Positions 40,053-53,125 of a DNA stretch of 64,000 nt are shown piece after piece. The notes under the pieces were generated by a model, which was not told the origin of the DNA, did no database searches, and saw only the letters and a program-made list of their open reading frames with translations. Origin of the DNA: Trichoplax sp. H2 (Eukaryota). The first letter of the stretch is position 1; every line of letters starts with the position of its first letter. The position numbers were made by a program, and so were the translations under genes. The stretch spans positions 62,001-126,000 of the forward strand of contig NOWV01000031.1 of NCBI GenBank assembly GCA_003344405.1, read 5' to 3'.

Positions 40053-40479
40053 CCTCACTTGTGGCAAAGGAAAGTAAAGAACTCTAGTGTAGTTACTTAA
40101 AACTTGGGCTATTTCTCCCAGTACTTTCAGTTTCTATGAGAGAAGTATTTGAGAACTCGATTTCTCGGCTGATCTCCACAGACAACTGACTAATTATTAC
40201 ACTATTCTTCACGATATGAGTCTTGCTGTTTCTTGAGCAATTACTTTCTTTATTCTACAAACACACGCGCTTAAATAGGTTTCTACAGTGAATTCCAATA
40301 TTAACGAGTGAGAATTCATGCTTTACACAGCTCAATTTTTAGAGATTAACACACCTTATAAACCTACAGTAAATTAACTGCTAACCGTCAGCAAAGCGAC
40401 GGGAGTTTGCACTAGTCTTATCTATTCATAAGCATTCATTAATTTACAGTTACTTAATTAGTAACGGCGTACCGTGACA
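40053..40479 (-). mobile_element. Solo-LTR-like element (~436 bp when merged with 37890-38058)
   Basis: Ends GTGACA at 40474-40479, giving TG...CA termini and a 6-bp inverted repeat with TGTCAC. On the minus strand TATTTAA (40277-40271) precedes AATAAA (40254-40249). The right flank is seen without the element at 42196. No gag/pol sequence. Confidence 0.65.
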
Positions 40480-43400
40480 CTGTCGTGTAAAAGGATTGCA
40501 ATAGTCTTGTTTTATATAATTCATTAAGGTGAAATATCCAATTTTTTGTTAGGGTTAGGGTTATAAAATGTTTTAATATTGGAATTGAGAATAAAATTGT
40601 TTTCCAAGAAATATTTAAATATTTCCCATACATTGTCATGCATTTTTAGCTTGATAGTTTGATATTAAAAGCGTAACACATTCTAGAGCATTACTATACG
40701 CTCTCGCATATTGCAAGTGTCACTATCAGGTATTTTTATTACATTAAATTCCTCATAGAGCTTATAAATTAGCTCAGTTTACATACAGAACACAAAAGAG
40801 GAAGAGAGCAGACTGCTAGCGTATTAGTCATGTTATGTTTACACTAGTTGTATCCCTGCTGAGAAAGATTTTTGCGTCTATTTGCTGTAGATAGAATTCA
40901 ACTGTGTACGCAAATACTTTCAGTTTCTTACAAATGGAAGCGTTGAGTCATTTCAGTCAAGCACAAGGTAACTATATNNNNNNNNNNNNNNNNNNNNAAG
41001 AACTAACTTTATTGTTAAAATGAAGAGTTTATATACTTTCTTTATTGTGACCTTTGATCTACTAACGTAGATCACAAGATCATCACTAACAGAAAGGTTT
41101 CCCTAGTTTAGTCATTACAAATAGACTATCATGCCAAGTATGGCAACATGAGAATACATATATAGATAAGCTTAATATAGTACCATAACTACATCTATAT
41201 ACGCATGACGTGATAATAACATCGTGATATTTAACCATATATAGAAAGAAGGTAACATACTAATTATGTAACTATTACAGAACGTGGCACCTCAACAAAG
41301 ATGGCTTGTTGAATCTTTAAAGCTTTAATCTACGTTTGTAAAGAATCCTCATATTTGCACTGATGGCAATAAACTAGGCCAATATCATTATTTCAAATTA
41401 AAATATTCCTCTTGTGATGTTTTTTGAGGTAATCGTATAAATGAAACAAATTTCAGGAATAAAATGATAACCATACTATGTCGAATATAATTATCATGTA
41501 ATATGGCTAAACTTAATTCCCAACAGAGTTGGTAAAAGCGGCTGCCATAAAGTGGTAATACATTAAGATCTTACTGTATGGGAAGAGATGGTAGTTACGA
41601 TTACTGGTAAAGATATTCTGGAAAAGTCAGTTGAACAATCTGTTCTTAATTATATGTAAAAAGATCAGTTTGCATACCAAATAGTGAATGAGAAAATTAA
41701 TAACTAATATTGCAGCGTATATTTACTTTTACATTTAAATGTTGCCAAGAGTCCAAAGTTACAGTTTAAAAATAGAATGAATTTCCAATTCGCTATGTGA
41801 AGTTACCAGTAGTAAGAAGAATAATCCATGCAATCATGAACATAATTACGTCTTTGAGTGAGAGAAATGCCCATGTCAATATAGCGTTTTTCAATAATGC
41901 AGAGAAAGCCGAATAGTCTAGCGACAGGATAGTAAGTAATCTATCATCTATGATCTGGATCGTAATCATTAGTGGTCTTGGATTACTTTGAAAAGAAGTG
42001 ATTTGTGACAGTATATGCCTTTGGGAAGAGAAATAGTGATGCTCAAATTATCGAATAACGGGCTAACACCGGGATGAAAACATAAATTCACCAAAATTAC
42101 AATTTAGCATAAATACGCTAAGTGCGATCATTAACATTTTAATGCAAAACTAGGTGAGAAAAAAACTGTTAAGGGTAATTGTAATGAAGCCATTCCTGTC
42201 GTGTAAAAGGATTGCAATAGTCTTGTTTTATATAATTCATTAAGGTGAAATATCCAATTTTTTGTTAGGGTTAGGGTTATAAAATGTTTTAATATTGGAA
42301 TTGAGAATAAAATTGTTTTCCAAGAAATATTTAAATATTTCCCATACATTGTCATGCATTTTTAGCTTGATAGTTTGATATTAAAAGCGTAACACATTCT
42401 AGAGCATTACTATACGCTCTCGCATATTGCAAGTGTCACTATCAGGTATTTTTATTACATTAAATTCCTCATAGAGCTTATAAATTAGCTCAGTTTACAT
42501 ACAGAACACAAAAGAGGAAGAGAGCAGACTGCTAGCGTATTAGTCATGTTATGTTTACACTAGTTGTATCCCTGCTGAGAAAGATTTTTGCGTCTATTTG
42601 CTGTAGATAGAATTCAACTGTGTACGCAAATACTTTCAGTTTCTTACAAATGGAAGCGTTGAGTCATTTCAGTCAAGCACAAGGTAACTATATATTCATA
42701 AGTACGGATACAGGAATAGATTTAATGAAGTAGATTATTTTTGAGCTTTGACATCTAGCAAATTTTTATTTATATCCGAATTCAGTACTAATGAAAATTC
42801 TATAATGTAGTAATATATTTGGCTGAGCGATGATATTTTTCATACAGACTAATCAATCTAATGTTCACATAGTTACAAAATGCTGATGATGTATCGTACT
42901 TTCTCAATTATAATCTAATTATTTAATTACATGCAAACATAACTTCAAGAAAGTAACAAATGAGGCCTTCTGTACTTTTTAAAACTCTATGCCCTATAAA
43001 GCATAATTTCTAACGTCCAAACGGATAGTCTCTATGCAGTGAATAGCATCCGCTTATGGTACTACTTTTTCCCTAATCGATATATTAATGTTAAAAATTT
43101 GATACTACTAGTCCTTAAAGAAATAGTTTACTTATTTTCAAATAAACAGTAACGTACTTCTAACAGTCATGCAGAAATATGTATTTCAAGTCCGATAGCA
43201 TTAAGATTTATTGGGAGGTTGTAATTGATTTATGATTGATCATGTGAGTGCGATAGCTATAACAAAATATATTCTACTAACTCTGCTCGATGTTTACACA
43301 ACACAAAATATTTTATACTAACAGATTTTATTACCGATTCACGAACGATTTGAGATTCTAAGTAATTATATAACAAGAGTTCTGATTAAAAAGGAAAAAT

Positions 43401-46400
43401 TTTTTATAGTAATCGCCTTTCATAGAAAAGAATGACCAAGAACAAACATAACAAACAGAAAAATGCTGCGCTTAATTACGCTACCTAACTTATTTACAAC
43501 ATAATAATTGTGAAATAGATCCTTTAAACTCACAGAATTTTTAGTGTGCAAACCAAACTCTATGATTAGGATTACTCTCTATGAAGCTGAAGTCAGCATA
43601 CTTGCATTATCATGAAGCGTTACTTCTATGTAAAATACCTAATATTATCAATAGCGATTGACAAGATAGTCTTTCATTCGATATTATTTTTTTAAGTTCT
43701 TTTTGATTTATTTCTATATAATATGTTGACAGCAATAATTTATGTAACAGCTTCATCACAGTAATAATGGAGGGAAAGTAGTACTTCCTATAAAACCGAA
43801 CCTAATTGAGGGGAAAATTTCCACTTTTTTAAGTTTCATCACAATCTGACTGAAGTAATGAAGAGAAATAGAAAAGTGTAAATCAAACTGTCATAGCCAA
43901 CCAAACTTCAAAAGAGTGTCGATAAGACTTCTCTCATTGGAAGCTTCTTATTATAAACCTTTTACTTGCTTAACATCATGACTACTAATCTAACAAACTG
44001 CATCATCTATTGTATGCTATACAGAACAGTCGGTAGCATCAAAACTACAGTATTCTAAATTCAACTAAAAATTAAGGACACATGTGTATTTTAGAAAGAT
44101 TTTACCCTAGATTCCCAGACCATTGCTAAATTAATAGAATAATCATAACTTAGCTATAAACAAGTATGATATTATTAGTATTACTGCATATAATAAAAAC
44201 TAAAACAGAACTGATATAATTAGATAGCCATACGGTGTAACTATCAATAACTATGATAACATCAGTTTTACAGTGTATAACGAAAAGCTAAGACAGAATC
44301 GCGTTGATTCGATAATCATAAAGTAACTATAAATAAGTACGTTAATATCAGCAATACAGCTTATACTAAAAAATAAGACAAAATAAAATTGATAAGATAT
44401 CATAATTTAAACATAAATAAGTACACCATCATCAGTAATGCAGCGTATAAAAAAAAAGGCGGAACAGTATTCACGAATTAAAGTTTAGCTAAAACAATTT
44501 GACTCACGTTATACTGTATGGAAAAGTAACATAATCTATTAAGCCAGTTCCGGTACAGTAATTTAAAGAGAATTATAAACATATAAATTTAAACTTTGCC
44601 TAGGAAGTTATGAAGGAATACTTAAAAATTATCTAGAAACTTCTAATCATCATTTTGAAAAGCAGCACTTAATGGATTACATCATGACAGCTTAAATGCT
44701 ATGTTTTGCGTTGAAAGAAAGATTTTTAAATAAGCAACTTCTAGCTAAGTTATTGGCTTGTCCTAAATGATACTTCGGTAGTTATAGCTTAAAACAATAA
44801 ACTGTCATCATTGGATCAGAGCTAATTATAGACATAAAATTATTAAAATATCTAACTTTGAATTTCAACTCAAGTTAAGTTTACGTGTAAGCAGGAGTTG
44901 ATTATAACTCTTAACATCAACGTTACAAAAATCTCTTAAAAGAATTACAGAATAGAAGGGTAGAACTATTACTTTAAAGAACAAAAATATCTAAAAAAGA
45001 GATTACTCGCGATTTTAGGAGTATCCTATTTATTACCTTCTGATTTCGTTAACCTGTACCATGTAATTACTGAACAAGAGCACCTTTTATATGCTAACTT
45101 AAACAGTTTGTGATATCAGATTATCAATTTATCACCCTAAAGCATTCTAAATTAAACGCGCTATTAATGGCAAATGATATGATAAATTCTACCTTAGATT
45201 CTCGATATTGCTAATTTAATAATAATCATAGTTTAGCAATGAACTATATCCCTCTACAGTAATGGAATAGAACTAAAAAAACTACTTAGATACACTAGCA
45301 AGCTTAAATTAGAACCTAGGCTAAAACGTATGGGTTTACTCTATGCTCAAGAGCACGATAACATTACTTCTACAGTATTTTATGATCAAGATTAGCTATC
45401 AGTTTAGCATAAACGTATAATAATAAGTTCTTAAAGAGATCTAGTAAACCATGTGATCCAGCATCGGATAGATTAGCATATCATGATAATTGTTATTTTA
45501 ATGATAGTGATGATTATTGTTATTAATTAAGCTTGAATTGTTATTTATTTTAATGTTTATCTTCCGGCCCTCTCTATTCCTTTACCTATTCTTTCCATCT
45601 TGCAATCGATGAGTTCGCGTCGCTAACCTCCGTTACTATAGTAATCATTCAAGATGCTGACCCTTGTAGCTTATGCCAGCCACTGTTTTCAACCTCATCT
45701 ACTTTAGTAAGCTAACGACACTGCTCTGCTTATAACATTAAGTGGATGAAAATGAAGGCTACGAGATAGAAGCTAAGAAAAGCGGTTAGAGAGTATCTAG
45801 TTGGTGACATTGCCGTTCGATTGCCTTATTTAGTATTGACATTTAACAAACAAAGAATCTAACACTAATTACTATACATTAGATTAATTTAATTCTTCCT
45901 CTCGATAAGCCATTAGAATATTCTACTCGTTAAGTTAACAGCGAATTAAATTTCAACTTCATCTATAATTGGCCAAGGGCGAAAAATTAATATTTCCCGT
46001 AAGTTAAGAGCTCATTCTTTTTGTGATTCAAAAGTAAGTGATGGTAAATTTAAACTAGAAATGCATCAACGATCTATTTATAATCTTCACCATGCTGCAT
46101 GATAGTTTGCTGTTATCGAACTATGCCAGCTATTAACGTTCTCCCTACAATTTATTCATAGACTGCGACTACAATAATTGCTAAATATCCAGTTTATTAC
46201 TATGTTGCAGTTTGATAAGATGGGGAAACTAAAAATAGCCTGACATATTGGTCGATCTATTGTTACTAAAACTACCATTAGATTGAGGACGAATTGTAAT
46301 ATTGTTTTAAATTCTTGTCCCTATAAACACTTGTCGTTAAATTTAATTCTTCGACTATAGGCTACGTAAAGTTTATGCGCCTGCATTTATGATCAAGATA

Positions 46401-47266
46401 ATCCTTTCTGAATCATCTCTGCCAATAGTCCATCTTCAATATTAAGCATGTCCATTCAATTTAAATCCTCATTCTATTGTCCTTGTTAATGTCTCTAATC
46501 GCTACCTTTTCATATTCTCAGCTGGAAAAATTGTAATACTATTACTTCCATTTCTTCTTCTACCAGAATGATTTTTATTATTCATTCTTCTTTTAATTTT
46601 TTTAGTGCATAATTGCTATTGAAACTATCCATAACTTTTAATTGGAAGTAATTGATTCCTAGAAATGCTTCTATGCTTCAGATTTAATTGTACTACATGT
46701 ATATATTCACGATCACTTCAGATCTTGAAAATCAAGAAATACTCCCTCCTTCTCCCGTCTCCTGTAGTTCTATTTTAAATGGCCAAATTTGAATAAAACA
46801 AATTGCATAGTGTAAAAGTTATAGCGTTAGCAGAAATCATGATTGAACAAACATAACTGAAATTTCATTAAAGCATCAATCTATAAACCACGACTATTTC
46901 TAGACAATAACAAGCATTAGCTAGTTTGTCAATTTATTGATAGTGATTCCGATTTCCTTGATAAAATGAATCCTACATAGCATTATGGATAATTAGCGTT
47001 AAAAAATGCTTTATAGCGATGAAAATAGCCCAATCCGACTCTAATAATAAACGATAGGCATGATTCGAGGAATAAACAATTTAAACAACAAGATTAAGCT
47101 CTTGATACGATCCTAACTAATGTGCAGTAAACCGTTATGAACTGTAATATAGACTTGTGGTATCTGATTTGAAATAACATCAAAGCTTTAGGTTATCCTT
47201 TACATGATGTTAAATAGCTCATCTTTTAATTGAAAATAGAGTACTGCAGCCTATCCACAGTGGAGC

Positions 47267-50200
47267 ATGTCGCTAAATAATACACTAATCGAGCCAGGAT
47301 CATACACTAGTGATGATGAATTAACAACGGCAGAAGAAAGGGCTAGGTTAAAAGCCGTCTTGGAAGAAGTCAGTGTTGTTCATGCAGGTTTTCTTGATGT
47401 TCGCGAGTTAAAAACAGTTTGCGAGCATATCGGAATTGAAAATCTAAGTGAAGAGGTATTTCTACTTATTTCGTTATTTTATATGAATCATTTTTATTCA
47501 TCGCTGCTAGAATCTCTATCTTCTATTAAATCGTTAAAGACTATAGGAGATAATCCGAGATTGCATTGTAAAGTTGACTTGCTATTTATTAATCCCAATA
47601 TTTTCAAATACTTCTCAACTCCTAGGAGTTATCCTTTCTGTTCGAAGAACTAGATGTAAATAAAGATGGCAAACTTAGTTTTGACGAATTTTTAAATGGT
47701 TTATCCAAAATGAAAGAGTTTAGCGCCTCTGCTGCTAATACGCCTCCGAGATCTTTACCCGGAACTCCGCCACAATCACTACGTCTATCGGCATCATTCA
47801 AGGTCTCTTCTTTTTAGATTAATGTTCTCCTTTTTAAGCCATCGACTACACTAAAAGTGCAAAATTTAATAGAAGAAAACTATCCATTTAGCAATTATTC
47901 ACTACGATTTTGTAATAAACAATTTTTGCAGAGAAGTACTTCAAATAATCGTAGTGGATATGAGGTTACTTCACCAACCAGCAGAATACGAACTCCTTCT
48001 TCAGTTAATCAAAACGCTAATCTATTCACTTCGTTAGATCCTAATCACAGTGGGTTAGTCTATGCTTGTATTATAAAATTAAACCTAAAATTGCAATCAT
48101 AACTAAAAAGGTGTATTCTTTTAGTTTCAATTTATGATCATCAACATAAAATATATGTTGTAGTTTTGTTGCAGCTGAAGCTATTAGTGAACTCTTGTCG
48201 CTGCAAGGATTAGCTCATGTACAAGATATTATTCAGGTTTAAGACATTTAAATGAATCTTTATGATCTCTTTAAGCGAAAAAATTTAATTGTCTTTTAAA
48301 AATTATGAATATTAGAGTCTACAAAATGATACCAATAATAAAATTAGTATCCGGCAACTATCCGAAACGTTAGAACATATTATTCTTGAAATAAGTCAAG
48401 ACCCACGTTAGTTTTAACCAACATGTGCCTTCATATCGATCTATTTTATTTATCTTATGCATTTGTTACGTGAAGAAGTAAATTGATAAGACAGTAATAA
48501 GAATTCAGCTATTAACTATGAAATAATTTTAATCTTTCTTTTTTCTATAGCTGTTACACAAGCTATTTTAAGTGTGTATAAAAATGAAGTTGGATTCCTG
48601 AGGTTGGCTAAAGGCTCAATTTAATGATAACATAAGATGGACTAGTGACATATAATCAATTGCATATCATTCCGGGCTATATTTTGATCGAAATAGATTT
48701 TTATATTTTGATATTATAAAGTCACTAAAGAAATTTAGAGGCAGCTTATAATTGTCTTGATCAAATATTCCTAGATCTGCCATTGAACAACACAAAACCG
48801 AAAAAGAACGACTCAAGAGTGATTTAGCCAGGACTACTAAAGAACAGACTCTGTCTATTCGTCAATCAGAAGAAAGGAACGTTGATCAAGATCGAACCTA
48901 TCACAATTTAAAGTCCGTCGTATAGTTGATATACTTATTACAAAATTTTCATCTGATAAATAATTGCCAGTCCAATCTTTATGATTTAAAATTAATTTTC
49001 AACCTTTTAATTAATAGAAATTCCGAAAGGGACCAACGGACCACCAAACAGATCCCAAAAATGGAATATTCTAATGGCCAACAGAAATATGAAGAACAAA
49101 AGTTGAAAGATGAATTAGCTAACTCGGAAGAGGTAAAGAACCGAATATTTTAATCCTAGTTACAATCTCGAAATATTAAAAATGATAAAGATTCCATCCT
49201 CAAACAAATCAAATAATTCAATCTTTTAGTCTTATGCTTGGATGAATAAATAATAGCGTCTAATTACCTCTCTCTTAGTATTTCTTTTGTAAGATTATTA
49301 ATAGCTAGACTAGGCGCTTGAAAATCAATAAACTAGCACGGTATAACATCTAGTCTTGAGTTTGAATAAAAACCAGTGACTAGTATCAAAATATTAATTT
49401 TTTTTCTACTAGATACTAGTAATTTGATCTGATCATTTCATTTCATAATCGAGAGGAATAATGATATATCATTTTAGTCATGAGTTAATCCAGTAAGCAG
49501 GATTATTAAATTACCCTCTCTCTTCTTCTAAGCAGTCGCTGAAAGTTTAGTTAGATGTTTCAAAATTGATAAACGAGCATAACAGCCTTCAACCTTGAAT
49601 TAAATGATTGTATAAAATTAAATCATACCTCTCTCCTTTCTAAATAATTGCCTAACTGAACAAATTCTATCGCGAAAGAAACATATTAATTCTTATTTCT
49701 GTGATAACCTATTTGGTAAAATTAAATCATTTTTTTCTCATTTTTTAAGGAAACTATTTAATTAGAATGTTCTGTCGATAAAAGGCAATAAATAATTTTT
49801 AGTCTAGAATTAAACAAGTCAGAAATATCAGATTACCCTTCCTTTTATACACGTAAACTTGGTGCCTTGATAAGAATACCGATAGTTTAATTAGACGATT
49901 TATGCCCTCGCCATACACAATTTTTTGTTGGAGGATAATTGTAACTACTTCTCAATCCTAATTGAAGTCTAACTTTTATATAAAATAGTATTTCCTTTCA
50001 TCCTATCTATTATAGGAAAAGAATCATTTAAGTGCTGAATTAGCATCAACGCATAGGAGATTAGTCGATGCTCAGCGTAATGTCGTCCGATTAACCAAGG
50101 AATTAAATTCAGCGTCGGAATTATCCCTTCAGGTATGTTAAGGAGAATAATGACAAGACAAAATATCGCCGTGCTCATGTTCTCCATCACCTATATACTT

Positions 50201-50459
50201 GCATCATCAATAAGTTTTATTAGTTTTAACGCCATTACTTTTTCGCTAATTTACTTCTATATTATTTCCTTTCCTCGTCTTTTAGCTGACCAAATCTAAT
50301 GGGCAACATCAAGATTTTAATAAACAACAGAGTACCAAGAAAGAATTACAAGAATTAAAGTACGAAAATCGTGAATTACGTGATCAAGTCCAAAAATTAA
50401 CTACACGCTGCAATAAGTATCAGGATGAAATTGCTCAGTTAATTGAATTAGTTAGCTAG
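47267..50459 (+). CDS. NIN: Ninein-like EF-hand/coiled-coil protein (10 exons, ~415 aa)
   Basis: Exons 47267-47455, 47626-47802, 47932-48053, 48164-48236, 48316-48406, 48551-48602, 48775-48912, 49018-49132, 50016-50132, 50286-50459 join in frame (1248 nt). EF-hand LFEELDVNKDGKLSFDEF, then LFTSLDPNHSG. QAILSVYKNEVGFLR...EKERLKSDL resembles the ninein QAALASFKAEIRHL...EKEKLRSDL block. The 3' end is uncertain. Confidence 0.75.
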
Positions 50460-50559
50460 TTAAAACTGAGATTGCGACACAAGAAGATAGTATAAAATAG
50501 GTAATCTTTTCCTCATTCATTGTTTCTGTGCTGATATAATCGGTACTAGTCTACTTTTT

Positions 50560-51133
50560 ATCCTACAGACAATTTTTTGATCAACATGAATAATCTACCT
50601 AAACAGTTAGCTATCTTAGCTCGCTACTGCTCATCTAGCTGATCACTGGTTTACTTTTTACGTTACAGACAACTTTATGACCAACGCATATAATTAATCT
50701 ACCTAAACAGTTAGCTATCTTAGCTCAATTCACTACCACTCATCTAATCAATCATTTGGCTGCTTTTTACATGTGTATAATCCTTTCTATAGAGATTGCT
50801 TTCAATCAGTTGATGAATAAATTAGTTAACATTTTCAATAATAACAATATCTCAGTACCTTTTGTGGAAAATCCATTAATAAACATAGCAATTGTATATT
50901 AATGTTCCATAAACAGTCATAATAGTCATTAAATAAACTTAATTGTACATCTTAGCCTATGTACCTTCTAAAGCTGTTACTATTAGTACATTTTACTGCT
51001 TTATACTTTTTTAACACTCTATATTGGGAATAACCACTTTAATAGAAATATTCTCAATCATTTGATGAATAAACTAGTCACCACTTTCAATAACAGCAAC
51101 ATGTCAATAATACCTGTGGAAAAGCTGTTAATA
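50560..51133 (+). repeat. Two pairs of short diverged direct repeats downstream of the ninein-like stop
   Basis: taatctacctaaacagttagctatcttagctc at ~50591 and ~50695; tgatgaataaa...ttcaataa...tgtggaaaa at ~50790-50880 and ~51045-51133. Confidence 0.7.
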
Positions 51134-53125
51134 TCTGTTCTTATCTGTTAATGTATTTCCTCAGCTTGATTTTTCCATACAGGTCGCCTTTAATTTAAAA
51201 TTTACAACCACAGCAAGCATTATTTCACATCAATCAATACGTGCGGTTAATATCAAATTAAATTCACAGATTAAACAAACACAGTTTGTATTGTATTGGA
51301 CTTCATCATCCTTTTTTAGTAATAAATTTTTTCCAACGTCTTCTGTTATATTATTTATCGCTCAAATTCGAAATCGATTTCAATTCAAATCAGTTATTCA
51401 ATGAAAGGATAGTAAGCAATCTGTTAACGAAGATAACTATTATACTTAGATACATGAAGCATGATGTCGAAAAACAATTCTATAATTTCCGTAGTCCGAT
51501 ACTTTCAGGCCATTTTTATTTAAGGATTGCAATCATACCATAGCACAATTGCACAGTACATCAAATGATGCAATGTATGAGACCTGACTAAGAATGATAA
51601 TCGAAAACCTTTTCATACAGGCACATTTATGCCAAATGACATTAAATAATTTTGCAACAAGCAATGGAGCATTTACGGTTCTGTCTACGGTATCAGATCA
51701 AGATCATATCAAACAAAATTGATAGTACTACTGTCAAACCATAAGCTACTTGTTAAAGATTAGCTAGGGATCTTATTCAAATGGATGATTGAGGTACTAA
51801 TATAAAATAGTGTAAAAGATAAATGGGGTAACTAGGTAAACATAGTCTCTTGATGATCGCATACAGCAGATCATACTAATGCTAGGTGAAAATGACTGAA
51901 TCATTTTAGAATTGGCACGATATCAAAGAAAATTAATACAACACAAAATATTATATGATATTCAATATCGCATGACAACTTCATTTTCTTACCATTAATT
52001 ATTAAAATGATACGTATGATAGACTAATAACCTACAACCTAAAGATTATCACTACCTTAACGCACTCTTGTAATAATAATTGAATGTATCATTTTCTCAA
52101 GATCAAGTCTTGGAGAAAGCGGATACCATTAATTAGTACGACGTTGTAAGTAACGGGACGTGCTACATATCTGGTACGTCTTGGCTACGATCAGTTATTA
52201 GTATGATATGAAGAGATTCCTCTTGCGTAACCTACGGCATATTAATAACTAGTCTGACCAGTCAGTACGCTATAATCTGTTTAAAGGTTGGTAAGTTAGG
52301 CAGCCGCTGTATCTTGAAGCATATTTATAAACTGATGTCGTAAAACTACTATGCGTATTACTTGCTCATCAAATTTACACTATGTATTTCAACACATAAG
52401 AGGAGGATATGATTATTTGTACTTGCTAAAGGTCTTCTTTCCCTAACTATTAAACGTCGAATAGTTTAACATACTCGTATGCTGTAACAAGAAAATCAAC
52501 TATTTCTCTGCAATCGAGAGTAATATTATCAGCGGCAATTGTATATTATGTACTGTACATTGGTAGACATCATATACAATACTTGAAGTTATCGATCATA
52601 CGCTAAATAGTATCAGATGCGAAGGCCTACACCGATCATTCTTGAAAATTTCATATAATATTATTTACTGTATTACCTGAAATTAAAGTATGTGCATTAC
52701 CTGATTTCGCAGATGATATACCATTAATGCTCGTATAACCTAAAGTAATACCATAACACAAGACTCCAAGAATAATACAATTAATTTCATTCCATAGGTT
52801 GAAGTATCAAGTATTTAATAGGAGAGCAAACAACACTTTTCTGCATATTATAAGATTGACTAATGCAACGTATTCCTATACACGTAGTTAAGCAATTTCT
52901 ACACTATTATAACTTTCAAAATGTCCCATATTTTTGTTTATTGTCAGGCAATAATGAAAATTTCTTTTATTAAAGTTTCAAGTATTAAAATCAACCAACA
53001 TCAAATTTATGAATATTGGTAAATCAGTGCCTTTTATCTACAATTTGTTCATCACATACAAAAATATATTTTAAAAGACGCATCTACTAGTTAATATTTG
53101 CATATACATATCGCTGAAAATTTCA

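Larger units (their letters stand above)
38059..40997. other. Three 20-N assembly gaps (38059-38078, 40033-40052, 40978-40997) separating interleaved allelic contigs
   Basis: Near-identical pairs end exactly at gap edges: 37303-37889 ~ 38079-38665, 37899-38058 ~ 40053-40212, 39797-40032 ~ 40998-41233, 40480-40977 ~ 42196-42693. Confidence 0.85.

Noticed and set aside
40454..42355. Duplicated MTMYGKYLNISW ORFs
   Set aside because: Short AT-rich frames, duplicated only because both alleles are assembled; no recognisable protein features.
42700..47200. Possible gene in the long interval upstream of the ninein-like gene
   Set aside because: No long ORFs or convincing exon chain by eye; a highly decayed relic cannot be excluded without a translated search.
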